The notes: a model not told the origin generated them from the sequence alone. Shown: positions 15,001 through 27,119, counted from the first letter of the whole stretch. The stretch is 44,268 nt of DNA, filler included, from Catajapyx aquilonaris (GCA_000934665.2; 2 parts of 2 records of this genome joined end to end with filler, not necessarily neighbours in it), one strand, 5' to 3'. Numbers and translations: made by a program.

Positions 15001-18000
15001 CAGCGGTCATCACTTTCCGGTTTTCTTGTGGGTTGGGTAGTCTCCTCCTCCTCCCCAAGATGGCTGCCTAGGATTTTCTGCGGGGCGGTTCCCTCCCTCC
15101 GACTCAAATAAAAACTGGAAGCCTACCTCCCCAATTTGCCTAAGACTTTCCTTCCCCCAGCAGTATTTTCATTTTCTTGCCGGCTCCTAATCCTCATTGT
15201 AATATAAATCTGACAGGTAGGCTCCGCTGTAATTGAATGCAATCGCCGCGTAATTTTTCAAGTGCGGTCCTGGGAGATAAGCTGTCACCACTTGTTCCAG
15301 TTGACGAAAAGAGGGTTTTTCGGCTGGTGGGAAGCCCCCCCCCCCCCCCCCCCCCCCTTCCAAAAAAAGATCTTGGCGAATGTCCGCACAAAAATCCCAG
15401 AATGCCTGGAATGCCGTCAGATTCATTGCCCATCTACCCACCCCGTTGTTTTTTTTTTTGCACCAAAATTCCACAGAAAAAAAATTGAGTGCCAATGTCG
15501 AACTTTTAAACATGCACCTGGTGACCTCCGTTCCCATCTTTGGGGTACCTTCGGCATGACCTCGGCTGAGCCTGAATTGGCAGTTCCATCTTTTTCTCCG
15601 GTGGGTTTCCGTGAACGAGCAGAGAATAGGGGGCAAATGAAGCGAGGGGAAAACCACTTGGAAGCTTTTAAAGTGGGCCCGCTGCCACTTGGTGGCGCCG
15701 AATACCAAGTGAGGCCCAGGCTTCTTCCTCTGGGCCCGGGCCAATGGGCCGGAACCAGTCCCGGCCCGCTCCGAATGCTGAGCAGCCCTTTCCACCCCCG
15801 GAAAAAAAATCCTGGAAAGCACCTCCAGCTTCCCCACCCACGCAAAAAAACCCGTTTCAAAAAAAAAGGGGGGGGGGGGGGTTCAGCAGCCATATATGTG
15901 AAGCATCTGTGCAATTAGTCTATATCCACCCTGTTGAAACTTTCCAGCCATACCCATAGCCATTTTGGGTTATCTGGCCAAGGGAATTATTGACAATGGG
16001 CAATTTTGTCCTTGGAGCTTTCATTTGCCTGGGTGGAAACAGTGGTGGAAAAGAAGTGGGGGAAACAGCCAGATGCCTGTCTATCCGAGGAGGATCATTC
16101 CAACCGGAGGCACCAGTTGACAATGGTTAGCAGAATTGCATTCCGANCACCAGTTGACAATGGTTAGCAGAATTGCATTCCGAGTGGATCGAGTCGGCTC
16201 TAAGTCGGCCGTTTGAATGTTTAGTGGAGTGGTGGGTGGGTGGCGGCCATTTGGACCCTTGGAAACTGCGCTCTACGCCGCATTGCAAGCCGGGAAACGC
16301 GCTCCCGGATGGCTTTTCCACGCTTGCTTTCCACGACAGCCGAAAAGAAAACGGCGCCAACATTCACTAAGCTAACCCAATCATGTCCCATCCGAATGTG
16401 TGCACAGGAGAATAATATTTCGAGAGAGAGTCTCCTATAAAGATGACTCCGGCGCAGAAAGACGCCTCTTCTACCCCCCCCCCTCCCTCCCTACTCATCC
16501 ATACCAACCCCTAGCATCTCTCTCTAGCTCTCCTTTCTCTTCCCCCGCCTCCCAGTAAGCCTAGTCGTTAATGTTGCATGCTCATTACGCCAACGGCAAC
16601 TTTTCAAATTTCTCACGCCCGAATAGCACCAACTTGCTAATGACCAGAAAGCGTCATTAATGGACGCATCACTCCGCTACACAGCCGGGCTTCCGGATCC
16701 CACCGCCATTCCGGAACGCCCAGATTATTATGTTCTCTCCGCCTCTTTCTTCGCTACGTGTTACTTAACGGTGCTCTCAAAAACACTGTGCTTGTGCTGC
16801 ATCACCTTACTCCAGCAGGTGCGCCCCATTTACCCATATCCACCGAAAGCTACATATAAGCTACAATCATGTTCAGGCTACAAATATTTCAAACAAAAAA
16901 ACTATTCGTGCACCTAGTGTATATTACGCATTTAATGTCATAATTTTATGCTCAAAAGCAGCAAGTTTTGAGAGTATGCAGATTCCAATGTGGGGGTTTA
17001 TATCCCCTACCATCCCCAACCAGCCAATCTTTCCTAATAATCGCGCACATCGATCCGGCGCCCGTTCAGACAATCATAAATTTTAAATTCCTTGGCACTG
17101 AGGACTGCGGGTTAAATAAATCATAGTTTGTCAATTACGCGCGAGGTGTTAGGGGAAATTACAGCCGATGTATCGAACCGAGGGATCTAATATGAATGGA
17201 GGTGGCGGGGGGGAATGGAGGGGGAAAGGGGGAAAGGGGGGGAGGCATGTGGGAATGTGCCGCTATTAAATATCACATGGGCAGGCCGTTGGAAACTTCC
17301 TAAGGGAATGTCGGCTGACACTCGCTAGTGGAAATATCTACAGCTACATGAGTCGAAAAATCTAATTCGCCGCACGCTACAATTGCTAATCATGCTGCAG
17401 CTCGCAAAGTTGGGAAGCTGGAAATGTTGCACGCTGGGATTTAGCGGCCAATAAGAGACAGTGTTGGGGAGAGAGGGGTTTTAAAAAAACTGTCAACTTT
17501 CTGGAGGTTCTTAGCAATTCAGGCGCGTCTGCACTGGAAAGAACTAACGCATTTTTGCTGTTTCCAACCAACGCATCGCATTTGCTGTCTTTAATTATAA
17601 CATGCCGGAAATTAAAACTTCGACGTCGGGGTGGGAAATGGCTTAATAATCTCCGTGATGGCGAAGACGAAATTTTCTTCCCCTTGGCAGCGCCTCCCCC
17701 AACCACCATCATCTTCCAAAAGTCAAGCCTTTACGTATCAGATGGGAGTATTCACAAACCCAACATTATAGCCGCGTATAAATTTTTAAATATTAATTTG
17801 ATATCGGCTTTAATCGTGTTCGCCGTTTCATGAACGATTAAACCACGTGACGATGACTATTGACACGTCCATTACTTCCGCCATGTTTGTGTGTGTGCAA
17901 TACGTGTAAATAAACATGATCATTACTGTTTCCTATTAGGTTCGACGCGCATTTTATTTGCCGTAATGAGAGCGCATTATTATGCGTGCCATGTGATGCT

Positions 18001-21000
18001 CGTAATTAAATTAAGCAAACAAGTCGGGGGTTAACAACAAAAGAACCCAAACCAGCTCATATAAAATCACTTGCGAAGAAGGGGATATAACTTATTTGTA
18101 GATTCCTTCTTTTTTTTTTCCTCCTTGGCTGAACTTGACACCAGTGTTTACCAACATTTGTTTTTCCAGCGCAGACAAAGTGCTAAGTGACAAACGGCCT
18201 TGTCTGGGTACCCGAGGTGATAACTTACACCAGTTTCCAGATCAGTTTCGTGTTTTGCGTCCCACGAAACCAGCATTTCCGATGTAAATCGTGCGCCTTC
18301 ATTACCATTACAGTGTAATTGCTCCTGAAGAACATGACACTCCCCTAATTTCTGCAAGTGAATTCCCTGGCAAGACACGTCTAAAAAAAAGCCCACAGCT
18401 TGGGTCCCCTGCAAAAGCCAGTTCCAGCAGCATCCGTCTCAAGCATTGGCGTCGGCCAGTGAAAGGGGCCCAACCTGGCCAAGACACACCGGACCTGGCC
18501 AGAATATTACTATTCCTTTTCGGAGGAAGAAGCCGGAGCAATTCCCACGGGGCAAGGGTAAAGCAGGTGGGGCTGCCATGAAAAGGCCTCCCCGCTGATT
18601 TGCCTAATCTGCTTAAGTCGGGCTGGGGATGCGGGTCTCCACTCCAGGACAAGACCGCACACACCCCTTTGGAACCGCAAAGCCGCTTATGGAAGGCAAA
18701 GACAGTCCACTTTGCCCAGGCTCCCCCCAGATCTTCCTGTCCACGTGTCACTCGCAACGTTTCTCCTCCACTTGCCTGCAATCGCAAGGCCTGTCTGATT
18801 ACACGCAAAGGACCCCGCCTGCAGCCACCACCTGTATTGCTTTGAAATACGTCCCGCAGACGCTAAATTGCATATCATTCCACAATTTCACGGCTCTAAT
18901 CCCACGCATTTAATTGCGCACCGCTCAACACATTCATATTATTTATTCCAAGTAGGGCATGTATACAGCTGCCGCTTGTGCGCGTGTGCACTACGGGGGG
19001 TGCGTTGTGGTGTGTGCAAAAATTAATTACAGGGTGGGGATAGTTGCAAGTGCTTAAGGCGCACTACTTGCATGTACTGTACTGTACACACTATTCAACA
19101 ATATCTAGCCCCCAAAAAATATGTACAAAATTTAATTATGGCAGGCTTGCATAATTGTACGTTGAATGGAGAATCAGTTTGTGTATTCTTGGCTTAACAT
19201 GTCGCCGTTTACTAGTGTCAACGCGTTCATCCTGCTAATTAGGCTATTCCTGCGAACAGAAGAGGCTTGAGGGTAGCTCTGCACTGTCAGGATGAAGGAC
19301 AGGTATACTGTTCCACACACGTTAACAGCTGTGATGTGAACGACGATGTACCGACAAAAAGCCTTTCACACATTCATCCAGTATTAAATAACTTGACCTA
19401 CACGCCCAAGTTCCGCGCATGACATCAAAGTGGCACCCTTTTAACTTAACAATACATATAAAGATCATTCGAGAGACCAGCATTGTTTTTCCACGAGTGA
19501 ATGATACCATTTTTCCACAAAGTGCCATGAAGGTGATTATTACACCTCCCTGCTTCAAACTCAGTGCCACTTAACAAACTGCCTACTTGCACTAAAAGGT
19601 CCATATTATGTTCGGTAACAGCCAATTCCGGCTACACAAAATCATTGGCTGGAACTGGATTCTCACACCTGTAGTCTCAGGTTGGAAAAAGGGAGCCGAC
19701 CAAAAGGAAGCCCCCATTAATGCTGATCACGAGACATTTACACCTGGGCTTAATGACCGGACGGCTCTTATACCACCGAGACATCCCCGGTGGCAAATGG
19801 AATTTGAGCCCAGAAATGACAATGACGAAACAAAAAGTGGGATGGGACGTTCGTGTGGAAATCCCGCCTCTTTTACAGGCGAGCAAGGTATCATTTAGGA
19901 CGCAATTCGAATTATCATCACTTCGGTGAGGAGAAAAGTGGTCGTCATGCAATGTCAGCCAAGGGTAAATGTTAAAGTGTGGCCATTTGAGTGCGCCGGC
20001 CAACTCCCCTCACACACACCTCCCCTCCGCTGGAAAAAAAAAAACTACCCATTTTGCGGCTCTGGCCTAGTAGTCTGAAGGCAAGTATCAGTTTCAGCCC
20101 CTTTAACTACTGAACTATAATAAAGAATCGATCTTCCTTGTGACCCGCGCCATCTTCCCGCCACCCAAACGACTCCTTTATCAAAACCCTTGAAGCCCTC
20201 GCCCTTTTTTTTTTTACGAGGCCCAAACCTACCTCCTCCTCCCTCCTACGCCATTATTATAGACCAGCGTCCTCTCCACTTATCGTACCTCTTTATTAGC
20301 CTGATAATTTTGATTTAATTTCCCCGTCATGGGAGCACGATAAACCTCGGGGGCCGTAAGTGAAAGCAAAGCTTTTGAATAGGGCACCCAGATTAACGGC
20401 CGCTTACTTACGCCCTTTGTGGACCTACATCTTTGTCTATTTCACACCCTCTCCTACCCAAAATACCTCTTTCAATATCGCTTTGCATACGCGTCTTCCT
20501 TCACTTTTTTAACAGCCTCCCTAGCCGATAAGTGAACGCTTCATCTTGCCACCCTGCGCCTCAACATGGCGCCCATAAGACACATTATTCTCTTCATACA
20601 TCTATGTACTAGTGGCAGTTCAGAAAATATGCCACAGATGGCGCACTTTCAATGCCCAACATGGCGACAATGAGAAACCAGGGACATCGCCCCAGAAAAG
20701 TTGCTCATTGAGTGGAAGTGACCTATCTTGTCGGTGTCCCTCAGGCTACCCTGGTCTCAGCTATAATGATCCCCCAAGCACTAATCTGAATGCAATGTTG
20801 GGCTCGGATTTTTTGTCACGTCCCAGTGGGAGACCCTGGCGGTCTTACAAGAGCCACATTCCTGTGCCCGCAGACACCTGCTGCCTTTTCTTAAGCCCCA
20901 ACTCTACGGCACATTCTTGAATCTCTCTCTCTCTCTCCCCAACCCCCTCTTGCATGAACACTCCAATAATCCTCACTCATCCTTGCCTCGGTGACATTGT

Positions 21001-22183
21001 GGCCGAGAACTGTATACATATAAAAAAAAAGCAACACAGAAAGACGGACGGGACCCACCTGGCTACAAATTGGGTTCCGGGACAAATGAGGTATCCGACC
21101 AATCTGGGGGATTTTTCGAAACAATGCTAATGAACAGGCTAGTCTGGTTCGCTTGGTGCTTACACGGTACCAGACACAAAAAAGGAAAGGCAGACCCATA
21201 TGGTGTACCCCGGCATGCTTAACGACCAGAATGCATAATTGATTAAATTCTCGGCTTCCTACGTCACACCTGTTTGCCCAATATTGTTGATATACGCCGC
21301 CCCTTTAAAAATTTATCTCGACCAATCTCCAAAGCCTCACGCAAATGATCGACAGTAAATCCATAACAAGTGGTGACAAACAGCTTTTTAAAAAATAATT
21401 TAAAGAGCAACTATAACGCTTTAACAAGCTCCTCTTATCATTTCTTTCAGAGCAATAAACGTGCTGGCAAACAACTGAAGAAGAAGAAAAAAAAATCCCG
21501 GTCGGCTGAGTTATGTGGACGAGAAGTCAAACTTCGGCACAAGAAACCGGAAAGAAACAAATTGGCTAAAGTGGTATCTACCGTCGGGGAGCAGCCACAG
21601 AATCAAAAATACTTCACTTCCTGTTATCAAGTCCAAGACGTGGCTCCCTTGTGGCCACAAGTCATCTCCGATTCAGGAATAGTCCGAGTGGCAAAATCCT
21701 CAAAGGCAAACCCCCCCCTCTCTTCCTGGTGGAAAATCCATGAGTGGGAGCCGTCAGTAAGTAACAAATTAGAGGCTGGGCTTCGTTTTCGCAGAGCTGT
21801 CACTCCGCCTTGGCCTTTCGGCTCAACGCCGCGCTGACATGACACTTGCAGCGTCTGAGTGTCAAAAGCAACTGGGCCCCCTGTTTATTTAGGTGAAGGT
21901 CGACCACCGAAAGGGAAGCCCCCGCGACTGCAGACTCATCATGCCATAATCCTCATTTTTCTCGCCCGTTTTTCGAGGGAGACCCACGCTTTTTTCCCCG
22001 AGTCCCCCTTTTAAAAAAACTGTGCAAATTATCGCTGTCACCCTGAAATGAGCAATCCACACCTCCTGTCGGCAGCCTGCAGGATGCCCTACAGCAACAT
22101 CTCAAGAACAACCGCAAGGTCCCCATAAAAATTTTTACTGCCTAGCTCTACAAGCCTAATTAGCGAGCGCCAACACCAGGCCC

Positions 22184-22283
22184 NNNNNNNNNNNNNNNNN
22201 NNNNNNNNNNNNNNNNNNNNNNNNNNNTTAATTAATTAANNNNNNNNNNNNNNNNNNNNNNNNNNNNNNNNNNNNNNNNNNNN
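22184..22283. other. Artificial contig-joining spacer (44 N + TTAATTAATTAA + 44 N)
   Basis: Exactly 100 bp. The 12-mer at 22228-22239 puts stops in all six frames, a standard linker design. Repeat content changes abruptly across it. Confidence 0.95.
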
Positions 22284-22439
22284 AGGTGTCGACTGGCCAC
22301 AGACACCGTTGTTTATTTCTCAACAATCACAGTTGACAATATTCGCAACAATAATCAGTGCCAATGGCAACAGCCACAACAAGATGTATGATGACGCAAT
22401 GGGGGTCTCAAGGCGGATGTGACGTCATGAAACTGCCGA

Positions 22440-22564
22440 AATTTTGAAGGCGTCGTACGCAAAAACTATGCAAGTTAGCCCAAAACTACTTCCACATCCC
22501 TATATTAGTTTTGCGAGTCCTATCAGGCTACCTGGCGACTTTCCGCGAGTTTTTGAGCACCCTG
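22440..22564. mobile_element. Terminal arm of a Tc1/mariner-type non-autonomous element (ends ...GAGCACCCTG)
   Basis: Ends in CACCCTG, the reverse complement of a CAGGGTG-type TIR. Clearly homologous to 32065-32170 (shared catccctatattagttttgcgagt...ctacctggcga). The other end is not seen. Confidence 0.55.
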
Positions 22565-22581
22565 GTATAGAGAGAGATATA

Positions 22582-23342
22582 CAGTGCTGGACACAATAGC
22601 ATATAACAAGTGTAAACAACGACTTTGGCGTTACCTGGCAACTGGTCGTGTTCGGACATCGTCATGTGGAGAGTGCTTAGCGTTCTTTCTGTCGTTGCCA
22701 CTGTTTACAGGTAGCGATTGATGCTGGGACGAAGGGTGTGCGCATGCTTACCAATGCATGGCATCGGAATAAGCGGGCTGAGGGGGATATTATTTTGAGA
22801 AGGCGATTCGTTATTATCACACTATCGTCATGTGCTGTCTTATTCCCACGATGATGGAGTTGCGGAATGGCCGGAAAGATGAGAGGGATGTTCTAGTAGT
22901 TGGTTGCTATATATGTGTGGTGGTTACTAAGGTACTATGTTGATGTTGATCGTGACTGGGAAATAAATCAGTTATTAATCAGTTATGGATGACATTCAAT
23001 GTGGACCTTACATTAAATTGGCAGACAAGAGCATGTACCGGACTCCTTCCCGATCATTCAGTAACTCCATGCATCCTGACTAATACTGGAAAGTGACAAT
23101 AGTGTGATAATAACGAATCGCCTTCTCAAAATAATATCCCCCTCAGCCCGCTTATTCCGATGCCATGCATTGGTAAGCATGCACACACCCTTCGTCCCAG
23201 CATCAATCGCTACCTGTAAACAGTGGCAACGACAGAAAGAACGCTAAGCACTCTCCACATGACGATGTCCGAACACGACCAGTTGCCAGGTAACGCCAAA
23301 GTCGTTGTTTACACTTGTTATATGCTATTGTGTCCAGCACTG
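22582..23342. mobile_element. Foldback MITE A with ~249-bp terminal inverted repeats (Tc1/mariner-like)
   Basis: 22582-22830 is the reverse complement of 23094-23342 (two mismatches seen). Begins TA|CAGTG and ends CACTG|GTA. No ORF. Confidence 0.9.
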
Positions 23343-23349
23343 GTACATA

Positions 23350-23908
23350 CAGGGTGTTTATTGTAACTCTGCAAAGACTTTCAGGGGCAATAGAGGGGAC
23401 CAATACAAGTATTTTTGACATAGGCACCCGTGTCCGGAAACGCCATCTAGAGGGGGTTCATAGACAAGGAACGGGTGCGCTCAGACGCGTCAGGCGAGAG
23501 GCGCTAGGCGAGCGGACTGTTTTGTTGGTAGATGGCGCGCAGTTGTTGCCAGGTTATGGCGTATCACGTCATTGTAAGTAAACAACAACGCGATACGCCA
23601 TAACCTGGCAACAACAAATCCGCTGTTGACTATCCGCGCATCTCCTAGGAGAACTTTAGCTGCTAGATGGCTCTGCTGTTGCCAGGTTATGGCACATCGC
23701 ATTAGTGTTTATTATTCGAGCGCCATCTATCAACAAAACAGTCCGCTCGCCTAGCGCCTCCCGCATGAAGAGTCTGAGCGCACCCGTTCCTTGTCTATGA
23801 ACCCCCTCTAGATGGCGTTTCCGGACACGGGTTCCTATGTCAAAAATACTTGTATTGGTCCCCTCTATTACCCCTGAAAGTCTTTGCAGAGTTACAATAA
23901 ACACCCTG
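23350..23908. mobile_element. Foldback MITE B with ~190-bp TIRs and TA target duplication (Tc1/mariner-like)
   Basis: TA|CAGGGTGTTTATTGTAACTC...GAGTTACAATAAACACCCTG|TA. Arms 23350-23538 and 23720-23908 are near-perfect inverted copies. Extra internal hairpin at ~23543-23614. Confidence 0.92.
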
Positions 23909-24323
23909 TATATAGAGAGAGAGTCTCAGGAGCTTGCATAATGAGTTGTATGTATAATTTATTGAATCTCGTGCAGAACAAAAATGCATGTCTATCAAAA
24001 TTAACTAAAAATATCTCCCAAGAGTCGTAAAATTGAAAGAAATAATTGAGAAGATATGTTTGACCTTTTGTCAATTTCCTCAAATGCTAAAAAAATTTAA
24101 CCGTCAACCAAGCTGGCACACGGAAGAGCTGGAGTAGTATTAGCCTAATTCAATTCACTCCAGAAACCAAGAACCAATAAGAAACGAGGAAATAATATCT
24201 CGAACAAAATGGCTTCCTTTTGAAAACATTTTCAAAGGAAAATGTAATAAATGTAAGATAATCTAGGTATAATAATTAATAAAATGTAAGAATACAATGC
24301 GACGAAAAATGAGAAAGGTAATG

Positions 24324-24478
24324 CACGGGTTGGACAAAATAATGGGGCCCCCGGCAAAAAGCGGTTGAATTTTCTCCTCCATTGTACTCGAAAACTGGAA
24401 AAGGTACGGAGATGACTTTTACTGATTTTTGAAGCTCTGTCAATGTACATTTATATCCATTATTTTGTCCAACCCCTG
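24324..24478. mobile_element. Short Tc1-like MITE C (155 bp, 22-bp TIRs)
   Basis: CACGGGTTGGACAAAATAATGG ... CCATTATTTTGTCCAACCCCTG|TA, with one mismatch between the arms. Confidence 0.75.
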
Positions 24479-25662
24479 TATGTGGAAGTGAAACAATAGT
24501 CTACTAGCCTACGTAAGTAATTTTTTCTCCCGAGATGGAGAAAGAGCAACTGCCTGAAAAAATGTCAAACACGCAAGGTGAGGAGTTGGTCTTGATCTCT
24601 TCCGAGCCTGAAGGTATAGTGTTGAAATTGGATTTAGAAATCCCCTGTTTTAACGAGTCACACGAGTATTACAGTCTTTCCACATTGGGCATAACAAGCT
24701 GACTTTGCTTGTGCAATAGGAGGATTTCCTCATATTGTCAAGCACAGTCCAGTATGTAAGAGTAACTTCTTGAGAGGACTAATTATTAGTTCCAGGCCGC
24801 GGGCTAGGACTCACGATTGATAATGTAGCTGATAGAATTAACCCGTAAGGCTGGCACTTTGTTGAGATAAACGTATATAATTAATTGGCAAACTTGTGAA
24901 ACTTACAATTAGATACCTTATGTAACTTCCAAGTGACGTTGTTGTCACTGTTCTCTAAAGACATTTGTAAATATATCAACATTAAATTCGCTTAAGACAG
25001 CCCTTTCAAAAGATTATTTGAACCTTAACGCCCACCCCGTAAACCCGGCAACGACAGTAGAATATGGGAACTTGAAAGTCAAGGTTCTTAATGTAACATA
25101 CATTTAACACATTAATAATGCACTGTTCCAATATTATTGAATTCAGTCGGTGATTTGATGGAAATTAAAATTTAATCACACTATTACCTTATGTCTCTTC
25201 CTGAGCAGAACATTTATCAACCAATATTGCCATTTTTTATTGGGAGAAGTTAGCCTTGGACCCAAGGAAACGTCTTCCTCAGATTCAGATCCTTAACTGC
25301 CACGCTAGTATGTTCTTTGGCTATCCTTATCACGTGAGTAGAGAACTAGAGATCACTAAAGAGGGCACACTTCTGTATTGCAGATATCTGCATTTGCAAG
25401 CAGCCTGACAAAAGAGAGCTCTCATTTTCACTACCGGTATGATACACATACATGGGATGACGATATTCATCCAAGGCATTCTTTTTAACACTTGGGGGGC
25501 ACCTCAGCCGGCATCACCACATTCAAAGCAGAAACACATATGCTTGTATACAAGGGGTTATACCAGGTGCAGAGGCGGGTGGTGGGTGGGGGAGGTGAAA
25601 AAAAGTACAGATAAGACCCCTATCCTCTACTACCAGGTCTGTGTCGAGCGGGCAGCCCACAC

Positions 25663-25718
25663 GTCAGGATGAACGGAACCCTTTCCGTTCATCCTGACAT
25701 GTTGATACAAAGGGTTAA
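25663..25718. mobile_element. Perfect 16-bp hairpin followed by GGG|TTAA, possible piggyBac-type element end
   Basis: GTCAGGATGAACGGAA-ccct-TTCCGTTCATCCTGAC (25663-25698), then ...CAAAGGG|TTAA (25715-25718). It abuts the 3' end of the mariner relic. No partner end was identified. Confidence 0.35.
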
Positions 25719-26490
25719 CCACTTCGGTACCGTACTCCGTAGTCCCCTTCCATGGTTACACACTTTGGCCATCGTTTCTCCAACTTATCCAGTCCTGTGC
25801 GAAAACAGTCTTTTGGGAACCCCCCCCAGCGTGTCCTCCACTGCGGCAATAACTTGTTCATTAGAGCCATGGACCCTTTGTTTGGACTCCATTTTCGTTT
25901 CTGGCATGAAGTGCGGGACCCGCGTCTCATCCTGATTTACTATAATCTCACCAAAATGCCATCTTTGTCAGCAAGAAAAATTGGCTTGCGACATCTCCAC
26001 TCGTTGCCTTCTGGTATGGGGTGAGGCGGCGAGGTACCTACTTTGTCGAAACCTTGTGGAGGCGGAGGTGACTATGGAGAATGGTCTCCACCGACGCCAT
26101 ACTGATGCCCTGGACCTAGGCAATGTAACGCACTGCTGTCAGTCCGAGATTTTTCAGATTCACTGGTGCAGCGTTCTCTTTGCACCGCCGATGCGGGCGT
26201 CTCGCTGGAGGTATGGACCTGATATTTTCACAGCATGGCGAAGAAGGGCCAATTGAGCCACCGGCGGAGTTGAGTTTAATTAGAATAATAATTACGAGAT
26301 CTACAAGGGGAGGAGTTTTTGAAAAACTGCTCACAACATCTTGGCTCCTGATTCTTTGGGAAATATCTCGACGGTGTGCGATGGCCATAGTTGTCCCAAG
26401 CGCGATTATTTTTGCTGTTGGTGTTTGCACAGCTATTAAAATCGTTTCGCCACCTCACCTGGTAAAATCGGAGGGACAATTTCGAACGTA
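25719..26490 (-). mobile_element. Degenerate, internally deleted mariner transposase
   Basis: Minus-strand translations across stops and frameshifts give AVRYIA*VQGISMASVETILHSHLRLHKVSTK*VPRRLTPYQK (HTH plus WVPHEL linker), IIVNQDETRVPHFMPETKMESKQ (first catalytic Asp, usually IVTGDETW..YDPETK.QS.QW), then directly SNEQVIAAVED and FRTGLDKLEKRWPKCVTMEGDY (mariner C-terminus). The middle of the DDD domain is missing. Confidence 0.9.
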
Positions 26491-26521
26491 GAGCAGTTGG
26501 TTCCATGTCCAGGTTGGGCTG

Positions 26522-26563
26522 AATAAATAAAATAAATAAAATAAATAAATAAAATAAATAAAT
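26522..26563 (+). repeat. (AAAT/AAAAT)n microsatellite
   Basis: aataaataaaataaataaaataaataaataaaataaataaat. Confidence 0.85.
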
Positions 26564-26597
26564 CATTAAATATCTTTGGTGTGTTGAAGAAGTATGG

Positions 26598-26950
26598 TGT
26601 CAACAAGATGTCCTGAAATACTGATCAGACTTGAGGCAGTTTATTTCACTTCCGATTTTATTCAGCAAAATACAAGTAAAAGGGGAAGGAAAATAGGTGT
26701 GTACAGGGGAAAGGATAGTGAGAAAGGAGGGTGAGCCCCTAATCCCACCTGGTATTTATAAAGTCCCTCGCTCCAGGGGTCAAGTTGAGTTAGATAGGGT
26801 TGGAAGAGAGTTGAAAGAAGTGCGCGGGGTCATGGCCTGATGTAGAGGAGGGGAAAGGGGAAACAATAATTACGAGGTGGACAGGAAGGGGATAAAATAT
26901 TATTAGCAGGAGGTTAGGAGACAGGTGGTGAGGGAGAACCGGTATACACA
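26598..26950 (-). mobile_element. Probable solo LTR (353 bp)
   Basis: TGT...ACA termini flanked by a near-perfect 6-bp direct repeat, GTATGG (26592-26597) / GTACGG (26951-26956). On the minus strand TATAAATA (26753-26760) precedes AATAAA signals (~26640-26662). Confidence 0.55.
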
Positions 26951-27119
26951 GTACGGAAGAGTGTCTTTATGTTTTTAAAATATTAGCCAATTGCAATAAA
27001 GTGATATATTGCTACTAGACATTGTGTAGCGTATGATGTTGTACCAAATAGTTATGTGGGTGATTATACACATTAAATGGGGTCCAAACTAACCACACTT
27101 CACTACTTAAGCGACTTGC

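Noticed and set aside
16111..16183. Exact 36-bp direct repeat separated by a single N, superficially CRISPR-like in length
   Set aside because: Two copies with no spacer either side of an N indicate an unmerged contig overlap, an assembly artefact.
114..21845. Numerous 60-218 aa ORFs in the left contig (e.g. 15187-15918)
   Set aside because: Low-complexity translations of homopolymer tracts, overlapping in several frames, with no recognisable domain.
22950..22963. TCGTGACTGGGAAA matching the M13/lacZ primer site
   Set aside because: Only 14 nt, inside a MITE, with no flanking vector sequence.
24736..25056. TG...CA segment with TATA-like and ATTAAA words, possible second solo LTR
   Set aside because: No matching TSD for any boundary I tried.
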